Shown here in pieces: positions 37,231-51,509 of a stretch of 64,000 bases of DNA. The stretch is from Eledone cirrhosa. Taxonomy: Eukaryota. The position numbers and the translations under genes are program-made. The stretch lies in assembly GCA_964016885.1 (NCBI GenBank), contig OZ024747.1, forward strand, positions 34,286,001-34,350,000, read 5' to 3'. A model generated the notes under the pieces. It did not search any database. It had not been told where the DNA came from and worked only from the letters and a program-made list of their open reading frames with translations. Each line of letters begins with the position of its first letter. The first letter of the stretch is position 1.

Positions 37231-38268
37231 AATCGTAATAATACCAAGACATCATGCTGGATATTTTAGAATGTGTCTGCATTGTCTTTAAATATAGTAG
37301 ACAGGAAAGCAGAGTTTTAAAGATGAAACAACCCTGACCAGCTATAATACGATGTTACATTTTAGATATGAAATTCTCGCAATACTTAGAATCGGAAAGA
37401 TATAGAGATTATACTAAACAACCTGTAATTTAGTAGCTTTCGAACTGATTTGTAGTCAGCGAATGTAAAGACGGGATAATAAATGATGGAAAAAAAGATT
37501 TCCTCATATAAAATTTATGTTTGTATGTATACACGTTTATTTATATACATTATGTATATAAAACCAAGGGAAATATATATACATGTATAGGCATATTGAT
37601 ATATTTTTCAAAGAAATATAAATATATATATATATAAATATTTATATTAGAAAAGTGAAGTAAGGTTCTATACAAGACAGTGGATATAGAGAAAAGGTGA
37701 AGTGGAAACAGCACGGAAAATATATTTAAGGGTCCGTTTTTCTTTTTTTGTCCTTTCTTTGATTCGTCATAGTGACATTATTGAAAAGATAACATTATTG
37801 AAAAAATGAGAGAGACAATTCTTTTTTTTTTTAAAGTGTTATAATGTATATAAAGTATTATCAGTTTCGATGTATTATTAAAATTCATCTTATCAAATGT
37901 TCACTATTGAAATAAAAATTTAAAATTAAAATCAAATGTTGGAGTAAGTTTCTTCCATCTTTCATACTCAAAATTTGATGGTAGCGAAGATAGAAGCAGC
38001 TGTGTTTCGTCACAGAACAAAGTATATCTGATAGTGTTAATTTACTGGTCAATTGTTCAGAAAGGGATGGGGAATTGTAAGCTAGAGGTCAGATATGTGG
38101 CAGCAGCAGGAGTGTAACAGAAAATATATTATTGGAATGTGGTTTTAGGGAGTATATATATATATATATATAATATAAAACGAAAAATCAGTGATCACAC
38201 TCTGCTCTGTAAGAACATAGAGTGCTCAACCGGCATACCGTCTATGGAAGCATCTTAGCTACCATCAG

Positions 38269-38322
<54 letters not shown>

Positions 38323-38671
38323 TTAGGTTTGTTGGTTCACCACTGGATAGAACTGGACATTCCGTATGGTCAATGTGGATGTAATATTATGGAGAGCATT
38401 CAACGTAATGCAACTCACCCGTCTTCGTTTGTGTAGTTGGTTGTGCGAGTACGGAGTTAATTATTATAAAATAACAGGGGGCTGGCTGGTCTAAATCCTT
38501 GAAATGTTTATTATACTATGATGACTTCAATGACCGGGTTCAGTATGAATCCGGTGAAATCATCAGGTATTCAAAATATAACAAAGGAATATAACATATA
38601 AAATCCATGGGGCTGAACATCAGAGACATGAGGACGACCGAGTATTTAGCAGCTTCTACCTCCGTCGGCCG

Positions 38672-38711
<40 letters not shown>

Positions 38712-38777
38712 GTTATTCCGGGTTGAGTCGGAGGTAACCACAGTAAGTAAGGTACTCAATACATTGCAGAGTATAAA

Positions 38778-38893
38778 AGTTTTAATATAGATGAGATTCT
38801 ACAGGACTAGAACTGTTTCATTCTTTAGAAATCATCCTGATGATTTCTAAAGAATGAAACAGTTCTTGTCCTGTAGAATCTCATCTATATTAA

Positions 38894-38897
<4 letters not shown>
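38778..38897. repeat. Near-perfect 120-bp palindrome
   Basis: Arms 38778-38836 and 38839-38897, one mismatch, 2-nt spacer. Confidence 0.92.
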
Positions 38898-38931
<34 letters not shown>

Positions 38932-39434
38932 TGTGTGTAAGTGTGTATATATAACAATGCACACATGTGTGTGTGGCGGTGGGTGGAGGTGGGGGGTTAG
39001 CCGGTCATCACAGATCCCTTTGTGGTGAGAAATTAAGAAAATGTTTTTCTACATAATTCAGAAAATTGTCAAAAACTAAAAACTAAAATCCAATGGATAC
39101 TTAGAATCTAAAAATTAAAAAGAAATTCTTTAAAAAAAGCAAAAGTAGGGTTCAGTAGTGGCTCTCGGGCAGTAACTTCTGCACTGAGTAAATTTTTCTC
39201 TCTTATTTTGTAGTGTGTGTGTTTTCTTCCAGCCTGTTTGTCACAGATCCCTTTGTTGTGGGAAATTAACACCTTTTTCCCCCAACATTCTGAAAATTGT
39301 CAAAAACTAAAGATTATTTTGTGGTGTGTGTGGGGGGAGATCTAATGGGTTGATTACATATTTAGTTTTGGTTTAAATTTATTAATAAATAGTTTTTCCT
39401 TAATTATTCTTTGTTGTCGAGTGAAAGAATCTAA

Positions 39435-39505
<71 letters not shown>

Positions 39506-40365
39506 GTGAGAAGAAAGACTACTGCGTGGTTGCACATGGGTTACATATGATAAAAATAGTCCTTCGTCAGTGATTTTCCAACTTTCATTGGTATTTCATC
39601 GCTTTAAAAATCATATACCTCCGGTTGGTGCGAGCAATAGCTAAATAAAGCTATTGGGACAAGTAAATCGCGTAAAGCGAGCGAGACAAGTAAACAACAG
39701 AGAAGGATAGCAACGCAGAGATAGGAAAAAACAAGCATCAAGGAAATCCGGTCAGCTTAAGCTGGGTGGATTTCATGAGCGAGAGCGATATACAGACCGT
39801 TCGACGTGAGTGAGATGTGAGCAGGAAGAGAACCCACTACAGGCCAAACGAGAGGAAGTGAGAAGGGGAGAAACAGAGAGTGAATGAGTGGAAGTGCGAG
39901 GAAGAGGCATGTCGAGAGAAAGTGTAACTGACAGAGGGGGCGATATATATATATTAAAATAACAGTTTAAAGTGTAAGCAAAGAATCGCTGCTTTCACCC
40001 TTAACGGGATCTTATATATCTGATATATATTTATCCTTATCGAGCCCTCTTTAGATTTTAGTCTTCAAATGAACTATTATTACTCGCCACGCATATATAT
40101 ATATGCGTGTGTGTGTGTGTATGTGCGTGCATGTGTGTGTGTTTGTGTGTCTGTGTCTGTGTAGATTTATATGTATGTGTATATGAACGCACTTATGTGT
40201 ATCGGTGTTTGTGCGTACACAAACACACACACATATACATTTAGAATTATCTAACATACAGCTATGCATGGTCTTTGACATTTGTACAGTAATGAGAAGG
40301 GTTATCACTGAATATGTAGTTGTTTTTTTAAGCTTAGACATACATACTCAAGCGAATATGTACAT

Positions 40366-42349
40366 TATGGTGTTCCAGAATCCCACATTTTACACAAAAG
40401 TATTTTATTCTTAGCTCCCTATGCATCTTCTCATGCCATTTTGTATATTATCAATTTATAATATAATGTTTATTATTTCAGATTAATTTAAGCTTCCCCT
40501 AATAATTGCAAATTGGCAGAATAATCGCGGAAACCAGTGGGCCTAGTTGTAGCTACTCGCTCCGTTGTGATGATCAAGAAATATGGCTCCTGGGCATTAT
40601 GTTTATTCCTGAGGGTGGGACTGACATAGACGCCACAACTCTCTCCAAGAATAGTAGCAGACGTGCAGCTAAGAAGATCAGAACTGTGGGGGCTGAACAC
40701 ATAAAGGAACAATTTGCTGTACCAGACTTTGTTACCTTGCATTGGGATGGCAAAATAATTCCTGCTGACCACGAGAGGCTAGGTGTGCTAGTTGCTGGAA
40801 CTCCGGACTTCAGAGAAGTTAAACTCCTCGGTGTTCCCATAATTCCTGATGGCACTGGAACCACCCAAGCCAAATCATCATTTGATCTTGTTAAAGATTG
40901 GAATGTTGATAGGTCTGTGGTGGGCTTGGTCTTTGACACAACTGCTTCGAATTCTGAATGGGAAAATGGTGCTTGCGTTTTAAACTAGAAGAGATGCTCA
41001 ACAAAAAGTTGTTTTAATTTGCTTGTCAGCACCATGTCATGGAGCGTATCTTGTGTGCAGTGTAGCAACAACTATTCGGAGCAATGTCTAGTCCAAACAA
41101 ACCAGTGTTCAAGAAGTTCAAAACAGATTGGGTGTCACTCACGGACAAGACCAACTTTAAAACATTGAACATTGTCGACCGGAGACTCAAGCGTCTGTGT
41201 TCTGAGAACATCAAGTTCCTCCAAGATTTGCTGACATCCGACGATGGGAAAATGAGTTCTCCTCCACGGGACGACTACCGAGAATGTGGGGAGTTGATGT
41301 TGATTTTGCTTGGTGTCACCCCTCCTTGTGGAATTCATTGGATGCTGCCTGGTGCACATCATAACGCTCGGTGGATGTCCACAATCATCTATAGTGCAAC
41401 GATGTATGCATTTGGTGAGCGACTCAATTACGATCAAGCTAAAATGCTCTGTTCTACGTGCGATACTGGCTGACAGCAGACAAGTGTGCTGATGCACCAT
41501 CCAATGACCTTCAATTCTACGTGGAGTTAACACAGTACAGTAAGGTTGACAGAGATCTCTCGCAAGCAGCCACTACTGCTCTGAGCAGGCATCTTTGGTA
41601 CCTGACGGAGGAAGCCCTTCCGCTAGCACTGTTTTCAAGTAAGGTCCAAGTGTCTGAGAAGAAACAAATAGCCCAACGTCTTGTCAAAACGAAAACATCT
41701 GGGCCTCTCGACCGTGGTGCTCCAGTATTTCCCAAGTTGAAGTCGTCCAAGAAACTGCCTCATCTAGTTGGGAAGAAATCAAGGCTTCTGTTCGATCTCC
41801 TTGGTGTCAACGATACTTGGCTTGAGCTGTCACCTGCAACTTGGTCATCACAAACGTCATATCAAAATGCCTGTGTTGTTGTTCACAATATCACGGTAGT
41901 CAACGATCTGCCGGAGAGAGGAGTCAAATTGATAACTGATTTTGTTGCCATCACCAAGAATGAGGAGGAGAAGCAGTGTGTTCTTCAAGTAATCGAAGCT
42001 CATCGTCGCAAGGTCCCGGATTTCAAAAAAGAAACTTTGAAAAAAATATGACTTGAGTTAACTTAACTGAACTTGTTTTTTCCTTGTACGCCTTTATATT
42101 CAAAGCTGGTTTACTAAATATAATGGGTTGATAAAATAAACAATTATTGTGTGGTCATATTTGGTTTCACATTTTCATGATTTCATGCAACATAATCACA
42201 CTTTCCACTATAATCCCCATAATATAAGCAAGGCTCAAAATAATTTATTTTATACAAAATATGTTTCATTTTACTAAGTGGGGCATTTATAATGGGAAAA
42301 TACACAGGGAGCGTTAGAATTGTGACCTTCCTTTTTATCGCACACCCTA
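40366..42349 (+). mobile_element. hAT-superfamily DNA transposon (hATm-like), internally deleted
   Basis: 8-bp TSD ATGTACAT at 40358-40365 and 42350-42357; termini TATGGTGT...ACACCCTA; contains a transposase remnant. Confidence 0.82.
40480..42051 (+). pseudogene. DDE transposase remnant
   Basis: LHWDGK, FDTTASN, ACQHH (CxxH), PGAHHNARWM, RHLWYL, VVNDLPERGVKL; stops and frameshifts at ~40985-41065 and ~41460. Confidence 0.85.
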
Positions 42350-44459
42350 ATGTACATGTAAATAAATTATTATATTCAATACGAAACATTGTAAGATCCG
42401 AAATAAATGACTGATAAGTTTCAAAACGCCGTTGAAATATGATGGGTAAAACATTACCTTGCTTTGTGTTGTTTGTTATTCTTTGCCCTTTAAATATTTC
42501 CACCGCATAGTACCGACATTTTGAACGCTTTGATACACGTATTTAAAGTACACTATGTCATTAATATATATTCACATTTACTCTCAACATAGGTACTATG
42601 AATCCAAATGACCATCTTCTTTCGTGATTGCTACTTCATTTACTAAGCTCTAAAAGGCCAACAGTTATATGTGTTTCATTGTGTTTCTTTGATGAACAAA
42701 ATATCTAAAGTATCACACGGGCCCGTAGGTTCATTGGGTTGGTGCTTACCGTTGTTTATGTGGCGTTAAGTACTAGTTATTGCTGGTACACTTTTCCAGA
42801 TGAGTATACTGGAACAACGTTAGATGAAGTGTTTTGCTCAAGATCACAACACATAATTAAACTCATGAATCGAACTGATGACATTATAATCGCTATTTCA
42901 ATACCCTTACCACTAGGCCACATGCCCCTCACAAATGCGCCATTTAACAAGACAGCATGTTATGATTTGGTGGATGTTCGTCTCCTACTTTAAACAGCTT
43001 AGCACCCTCGTTAGTGTTTCCTAACTAAATAATGTAATCAGTGTTACAAAGTATGTGTAATGCATTTGATTTTGATTAGGATCAAAATACCTGTATTTTA
43101 GACGTGAGATCAATACGAAACGAAATGTTGGATTGCAGTCTTCCCGCAAATCAGTAAAAGTAAAATAGCTTCAACCAATAATCAAATTGTGGTGTGGCCT
43201 TAATTCTTCAGCATCATACACGCCTCTTACTCTACAGATTCTGCCAGATAATCATACCTCAAATTGATCATATTTAACAAAGCAAACTATTTCTAGCTGC
43301 TCCAACATTTTCGTAAATCTTTACTGTCTTTGTGATTAGAATTTAGCTATAAATATAAAGTCTTTAACGGCAATAAATTACGATAAATATTTGCTTAGTC
43401 ACAGTCTATAAATTGTTACATTAAGTAGTATTAAGCGGTGAGATAAATTTGGATACTAGTGCAATAATGTAATTTACTATTTAAGATGTTTACTATGAAT
43501 AATCAAACTGTTTATAAACTAGTGTTTTCAATGAAACATTTACATTAATTGCTTGTTGATCTTTTAATTGTCAGTGTGGAAGTGAAGTAGACAGTCTGGT
43601 GTCATATAGAATCGGAAGTTCTATTTCCTATTCACAAGGTTCATTGTTTTGAAAGAACAATGTTGTGTCAAATAAATTGTAACTCGGAATATTAGAGATA
43701 GATATTAGAGATGACCCTACCTGGCCATTCACCCTGCTAGAAATACCAACGAATCTCTCAAATAAAGCAATAACTTCATATTGAAAAAAGATACTGAATA
43801 AAAGTCCTCTAAAATGATTGGGTGTCGCAGATAGGAAACTGTACTGGGGATAAGCAAATTCAGTTATTTAATGTATTAGTGTAATGTGTGTATGTATGAA
43901 CCCGTATCCTTTAAAGGAGCCGTATTGACATAAAGCATTTCCAGGACATTTTAAAATCCTGGCGATGTCCATGCCCTCTCCGTGTCTGAACACAACAGAT
44001 TCCTTCCTGAGAAGGAATGAGAGAATGGGAGGGAGAATAAGATATAGAGGAAGATTCGACATCAGTACTTGGCTTGTACTTTTTATCATATGAGTGTATT
44101 TATGTTGATTAAAATAATGGGTTTAGCAGTTATTCTAATACAATTAAACATATATCCCACTGCAAAGAAGCTAAAAGCCACTTCATCTATTTTATAAATG
44201 TTTTAGGCCAGTGCACCATATTTTCGCTTCGTTTTACATGTAAGAATCTATTTATTCTACCAAGGGCATTTTTGAAGCTAATAACCACCACACAGAAATA
44301 TATGAATTAGTAGGGTTATGAATCCTTTTATTACATATTTTGACAAGTCGAAGTTCACTTTTCCTGAAATTTTATGTCATGCTTCCACACAATCCATTCC
44401 ATAACATATTTCTCCACCTCAGCTATTTTTCAACAATAAATATATTCTCTATGTGAAAA

Positions 44460-44720
44460 CTTCTTCTTCGACCAATCATTATTGAGAGAGTCGTGGGGGC
44501 CTGAGTCTTTAAACATTCCTTCCAGCTGGTTAGAAGCAGCCACTTCCAACTCATCAGGCTTGATCCCCAAGCGATACCAGCCGAGCTTATGTATGCTATC
44601 CAAACACCTTGCTCGGGGTCTACCCCTGGGTCTCCTACCTGCTTGTTTTGCCCATAAAATCTGTCCAGCAATTCCTTACTGAGACATTCTAAAAACACTC
44701 CCATAGTATCACATGGGATC
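44460..44720 (-). mobile_element. RTE-like LINE 3' fragment
   Basis: Encodes GRRPRGRPRARCLDSI..LGWYRLGI and ends in GAAGAAGAAG. Homologous to 47200-47475 and 53760-54010. Confidence 0.65.
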
Positions 44721-45849
44721 ATCCCTAGAAATAGATTCTTCTAAAAACTTTTAGAAATAAAAATGAATATCGACCTATTTTTTACCGTTAAGGCTTATTA
44801 GTTGTACATAAAGCCTTGGAGTATTTCAAGGAATAAGTGAATCCCGACATCTGATCTAGATATCAAAACAATTGTAACAAAAATAATCGGAGCTACGCAC
44901 ATTTTATTTTGTTAAGATAGGGGTATGAATTTTTCCATGTTGTAAACATAAACTATGCAATGCTTTTGTCGTTATCCGAAACATTTGGTAAGTAAAAAAG
45001 AAAACAAATAACAATATTTATTGATTTTTGTATGAACCAAATCCATGCTGTAGACCACGCAATCGTTGAGAACTAATTAATTTAGAAGTTTCCTTGTCAA
45101 CATTTCAAACATATTTGTAAACCAACGCTGGCTATGACTCAGAGCCACGAAAGTTACATTATAGTTCACATAATCTTGTTATCTAAAGATTAAATGTATT
45201 TTTTTACAGAAAAATCGTTATTGTACAGAGATGCTATGTACTCTACTCACTTAGTCTGCCAGCTATACTACAGAAATATCCCCCAGCAAATTATGTTCTC
45301 TCTCAGAAGTGTGCACTTCATAATCTAAATCTAATTATATAAAATACAGACTACTGCGGAGAAAGTGTGTTGAACCACAGCTTCCATTGCAAATCGAGTA
45401 CGTCATTTCACCAGATTTCTCCGTACAATGAATCTGCTTAAGTGTTAGGCGCTAATGAAAGTGCCAAACAATTGCCCTTTAATGATGATTCGGATTTAGA
45501 CACAATGGCTAAATGCGGTATCATCATTAAAGAAGAGTCGGGGGGGGGGGGGGATTAATGCAAATAATAACAACTGTACTAATAATGTCAACAATAATAA
45601 TAAGAACAACAATTTACACAAATGGTGGGACCAATAGTCGAACCTGATATATATAGATATAAATTTGATTGATAATCACACGTATTTCTTTGATCTTCTA
45701 AATATAAATCATGATATGACATGATCCTCGCTAATCTAAAACTGTACAACAAAAATTACAACAATTATCATCTCTTATGAATCGTCCAAGAATATTTAAC
45801 ATTTACAATATCAGTAAGCTTAATTTTGTATCCTATATCTTCAGATGAA

Positions 45850-46392
45850 CAGGCATAGAAGTGCCATCAGCCGAGCCTGTCTAAGATCTGCGCATGGAGA
45901 GGAAACCTTCCTGCACTTACTCATCCAGTGTTGCCGACTTGTAGCTTTATGTCGAACACCTGACGTCACCTGTAGGAAGGATTCGGCTATTATTATCTAT
46001 CTGATGGATATGGTGAAAGAGATTGTATGGTGGACATGTTTCAAAGGGTTGAAGACAACTACTTTCCTTTTTGGTGAATCCTTGATTAACTTTTTCAGGT
46101 TTCACTTGCAGAAGAAAATCACGGTGGAGAGGGAAGTACTGCATTTCAGCCAACTTGTTGAACGGTGTGTGACAGAGGCAAACATGGCCTGAGTGAATGG
46201 CCTGCTCTGAGTATGTACTTATAGATTGGAGGAGAATAACTGGGCTATTTTCTTTGGTTTGAATATTTTTAGTTATCTTGTTTTCTGTCATCAGCCTTTT
46301 TACACGAACAAATCACATTGTATCGTCTTGTGCCACCCCGTGCTGTCTTTAATGTTTTCTTTTTGTAAACCCTTTGTGGGAAATGAAGAAAT
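45850..46392 (+). mobile_element. Old 5'-truncated Tx1 copy E
   Basis: RACLRSAHGEETFLHLLIQC, KEIVWWTCFKGLKT; 3' end CCCTTTGTGGGAAATGAAGAAATC plus degenerate ATC/ATT tail. Confidence 0.85.
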
Positions 46393-47199
46393 CATCATCG
46401 TCATGATCATCCTGATCATTATCATCATAATAATAATTATTATTATTACACTTACTATTATTTTCATCATCATCATAAATAATAATCCGTTCTGTTTGTA
46501 AGTAAGCTTTCAACAACAGAAGTAGACAGATCAACAATAATAACTACATTACTTAAAAATCTGAAAGTCTTTTTAAAAGTAGATACATTTTTCTATTTTT
46601 TTTGTTTTTACTTCTATTAGCAAGATTTCTAAGTTTATTTATTAATATATATTCATATATATATTTTTTTGGCTTTCGTATTCCACTTCGATGTCAAGTT
46701 AAGTTGTAGTAGTGTAACAGACTTGTTGACACAAACAGAAAGTTGTCTTTGAAATATTTGAAATAACTTGAGTACTGTATGTGTTTTTAGCTTCACCATA
46801 TTTCATCTGATGCCATTATAATTTTCTTTCATAATGGCATCAGATACAGTTTTTTCTGTTGTTGTTGCTATGTTTCTTCTCCTCCCACACAAAACACTTC
46901 CAACTTTAACTCCATTTAACAATTCTACCATTCCTCCTCTTATCAACTTTTCCCGTCAATTCCACAACCATAACCACTCGGTTTGCTGGAAATAGAAGTG
47001 AAATCTCTTTTGAATGTCACACTATCCTTTTAAAACCTTTAACACCATATAGCGCAAGATACACAACGTGAAAAGAAAAAAAAAAGAAATGATAGCTGCA
47101 TCTAGAATGCCTTTAATTATCAATCTGTCTCATTATCGTGAACCACGCTAGATAACAATGACGGCTGCATAATAAGGAGTACTACAAGGTAACGAAATG

Positions 47200-47475
47200 C
47201 CAGTTAGTTGTCGACGAGTCTTCTCGACATAGCAGCTAAATTTTCCCCGATTATCATCCCCAATACTACGGGTATGTGGTGAGAATGTCCCAGAAAAGAA
47301 TCGGCAGGAGATCCAAGCAAGATGGTTGGATAACATCCATGAGCCCGGTTGGTCTTGCTTGGGAATCTCGCCAGATCAGTTGGAAGAAGTTGCTTCTGAC
47401 ACGACCCGCTTGAAGGAGTGTTTAAGGACTCTGGCCCCACAACTGTCTCAGGAATAAGCGGGCAAAGAAGAAAAA
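47200..47475 (+). mobile_element. RTE-like LINE 3' fragment
   Basis: GGAGATCCAAGCAAGATGGTTGGATAACATC..GGAGTGTTTAAGGACTCTGGCCCCACAAC; same family as 44460. Confidence 0.6.
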
Positions 47476-47983
47476 GTGTATATCCACTAATGACGATAGG
47501 ATATTCAGGGTTCAAATACCTTTGATCATAAGACCAAAAAGTTGATATCAATTTGTGGATTTACAACAGAAATAAAGTACACAAACATTTTGTAACAACA
47601 GCCACTATGAGCACACACATGAAAAAAAACGAGCACGAGGGAACCTCTAATTAGTCATTTAAGTTGCTAAAAGCATCAGCAGAAATCATTAGCATGAGAT
47701 TGAACATGTGTTTATTTGACAGGTGTTGATCTGGATATGAAACAAATTAACAAAACAATACAACCAAGGATCATTTATCTAGTAACTAGTTCGAACTAGA
47801 CAGTTATAAACTACAGGTAGGTGGAATCCAATTTGAAAAATATAGGCTTAAACATATTGAAGTGAACGGATAGAGTGGGGGAAGGGTATCAAGCATGGAA
47901 CATGTTTTATAACATACTTACTCGACCCCTGTTGAGTTGGATACCAAACACCCATCAATAACTTTATACAATAACATTGCATA

Positions 47984-48193
47984 CGAGTATGGGCTGAAAA
48001 GTTCATAGGCTAACTATGAAGTGATGCCAGGCCTGTGAAATCTTGCATGCATTCATTTCAACTTTTCAAATTAATATATTCAATGTTTCCTTCCAAGGAT
48101 TAAGTTACAAAATAACCCCATTTTGCGATTCCATAATATTGTCTTGGTCAGACTATGAATTTTTCAGCCTATGAACCTTTCAGCCGACCCTCG
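47984..48193. mobile_element. Tc1/mariner-derived MITE
   Basis: TA flanks; TIRs CGAGTATGGGCTGAAAAGTTCATAGGCT / AGCCTATGAACCTTTCAGCCGACCCTCG. Confidence 0.8.
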
Positions 48194-48306
48194 TATATCT
48201 AACAAAACGAACACCACTGTTTCAACTTGTTACTTAAGAATATCAAACACATTTCTAATATATTTTAATGTATATAGCGGAAGAACAGTGTAGTCAGTTT
48301 AATATT

Positions 48307-48490
48307 GTTTCTATTTTAGGCACAAGGCCAGCAATTATCCAGTACATTACTGGTACTTTATTTTATCCACCCCGTAAGGATGAAAGGCAAAGTCAACCTT
48401 GGCGAGATTTGAACTCAGATCGTAAAGGGACGTAACTATGCTGGAAAGCATGGCGTCCGACTCTCTAACGATACTGCCAATCCACTGCCC
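48307..48490 (-). mobile_element. Full-length SINE
   Basis: 16-bp TSD TAGTCAGTTTAATATT at 48291-48306 and 48491-48506. Confidence 0.92.
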
Positions 48491-48851
48491 TAGTCAGTTT
48501 AATATTATGCGTGTATTAGGTTTGAAGGTTGACCTGGTAGAGCATTAGTCACAATATACATATTTTATCACATTTTATATATCGGAATCATGTTTTTTTA
48601 CTATCTATGATCTTTCCGGACATAAATACATCAGATCCAAATGTCAATCATACACACCTTGGTATTATGCCAATACTCTATATCATTTCATTCCTTTTAT
48701 TATTAAGGTGTTTGATGTTCTATTGAGAGAATCGATTTTACTGAAAATATCGAATAATGTACACCATTTTACCAGAAAAAAATACTGGTCCACCCACACA
48801 CACACACACATATATACACACATACACACGCGTACATTAACATACAAAGAG

Positions 48852-48887
<36 letters not shown>

Positions 48888-48994
48888 CTCCGTATAAGAC
48901 AAGAGCTGAAAAATATCTTTTAACATGTTAAAATATCCCCCACACACTTACAGAGACGTTCCTACTGACCGTCCCTCTACGACGAATTACTCTG

Positions 48995-49105
<111 letters not shown>

Positions 49106-49455
49106 CACACACACACACTTGTCTTAATAGGCATTTGAACTGTCAACAGGATGCTGTTCGCACACACATCCATGCTGACCATTATAACAACAACGAACCT
49201 CTTTACTACTACTACACACACACATATTTGTTGTGAAAGACTTATTTCTCAGTCAGCCGACACAAACCTACATTTGGCGCAAAATCAATTTTTTACATTC
49301 ACATTACCTCTACTGACCAATCAAAATTGTTTTATGTGTGTTGTGTGAGGCAAATAACTATGTGTATACTCTGGTAATGTATCTTACATTGCCCTTTGAG
49401 TGCGCTGAGATACAACCAGTACTGGCATTGATAAATATGCTGGATCCGTCAACCC

Positions 49456-49528
<73 letters not shown>

Positions 49529-50261
49529 TGTGTCTGTGTAATTTGGATTGTGTGCGAAGCTCTGCCTACGTTCACTTTTATGTAATTTCAAGTTTTTTGT
49601 TTTCCTCTTCTCAAGTACAGCAGAATTCTGGTCTGAATGCAATCACGTACACACTTTTTTCCCCATAACACAATAGAAACAATACAAAGCAGATTTTCTC
49701 TTTCAGAAAGAAGATCAAAATGAAAATCCTTTTGCATTATATACTTACAAAGCGTAACTTTAATCAGAATAAAAGTTAAATAAAACATCAAGCTAGAGAC
49801 ACGCAACGGAAAATTTGAGAAATATTGTTAACAGTGTTGTAGCAAAATGAATTTTTGAAAATCGATCTTCATATTAATGGTAAGTCTGAGTTTAGAAAAC
49901 CTCACAGCGTTTCAGTTAACAGCCAATATTTTTCTTCACGCCATACTCTACTGAATTATATAAAACACACTTTCATATTTTCTATCCATTGTAGTTTGCC
50001 TAAATAATAAATGGGTATTTATCTCATACATATCACAACACTCGATCCAGTTTTGCTCTTGGTCTTTACTGAGATATCAATACATTTGTTCCTGATTATC
50101 AATAACAATATTTTAGTTAAGCTCAAATGACATGTATAATAACTAATCAATTAATTACGAAGATCGGTACAGAAGTGCGGTCAAATTTAACTTGCTATCT
50201 TCAGTTCGGTATTCGTACCGTAGAATACTAGCCAGAAACTGTTCTTTATGAGTCAACATGC

Positions 50262-50335
50262 CTCAAATCGGACAACCCGTCTAACCCATGGTAGCGTGGA
50301 AAGTAGACGTTAAACGATGATGATGATGATGATGT
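50262..50335 (+). mobile_element. Retroposon 3' terminus with (GAT)n tail
   Basis: CCCGTCTAACCCATGGTAGCGTGGAAAGTAGACGTTAAAC(GAT)n; RTE-type tail by inference. Confidence 0.5.
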
Positions 50336-50747
50336 TAAATATATTTATCAGCAAAATAAAGTGATAACGAATATAGAAAACAATATTAAGGATCACGTTT
50401 TATATTCATATTATAACAGACAATGTTAAACATATGAAATATTAGATACAAATACAAATAAGAAATATATTTGTTTATTTGGAAGCTCGGCAATGTGTAT
50501 GTCGTAAAAATGCGATGCTAATAAGAAAGTAGAAGTAAAAAGAACACATTGATGTAAAGTAAAAGAGTGAGGTCGACATGAAGTTACCGTAGCAATTTTT
50601 TGATGATCTGAAATGTTTTGGGATTTGGCATCCATCATCCTGGGAGACCGTAGAGGGCACCACAGAGGGAAACCTGAGAAATGTTGCGGGTGACTGTTCG
50701 ATTTATTTTTGAATGAAAAAATAATCGTTAAAGATCCATGTTGTTTG

Positions 50748-50900
50748 TGCTTTCCAGCATAGTTACGTCCTTTTACGATCTGAGTTCAATTCCCGCCGAG
50801 GTTAACTTTGCCTTTCATCCTTACGGGGTCGATAAAATAAAGTACCAGTAATGTACTGAGATAATTGCTGGCCTTGTGCCAACAAGTAGAAACAATTATT
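50748..50900 (+). mobile_element. 5'-truncated SINE
   Basis: Matches the reference SINE from TGCTTTCCAGCATAG to GAAACAATTATT. Confidence 0.88.
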
Positions 50901-51509
50901 TCTTGAAATTGAATTTCTCAGAAAATATCTCTTAAGTGTGGAGTTCTGATTATTTATGGAATAGTCTGATAGCTATGAACAAAGTAAAAGAATGGCGAAA
51001 AGAGTACTTTATGATCTGTAATTTTTTTCTGAAATTCTCTGCTTATATATCACTGGGATCTATATTTTCTTTTCTGTCTCATTTGTATTGATACAATAAA
51101 TTCCAGGCAGGATTTCAATAAGCTGCATCTTTCCTGTAAAAAATGGCTACTTTGTGTAACTTGTGTAAATATTCCAAGTCAAAATATGGTTTTATGGTAG
51201 ATTGAGAGCTAAAGTGGATTGACACATTTCATAAGAGACTTGATATACTGTTTACGAAAAGGAATATATAGCATGAGGTCTTCTTCTTCTTCTTCTCCCC
51301 TCCTCCTCCTCCTCCTCCTCCTCCTCCTTCTTCTTCTTCTTCTTCTTCTTCTTCTTCTTCTTCTGTATAAGGATTGATGTTGGATATATTTTTACTGGGA
51401 ATATTGGTTCCATAGAGTAATTATGTTTTAGGAAGTTGATTTAGTGGGGTAGGCGTTCCTCATCCATGAATTGGTCAAATATTGTTAACGATCTGGTTGA
51501 TAGACGGAC

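Noticed and set aside
39500-40055. Solo LTR
   Set aside because: Composition is suggestive (GA-rich, ATTAAA), but there are no clear TG...CA termini or TSD.
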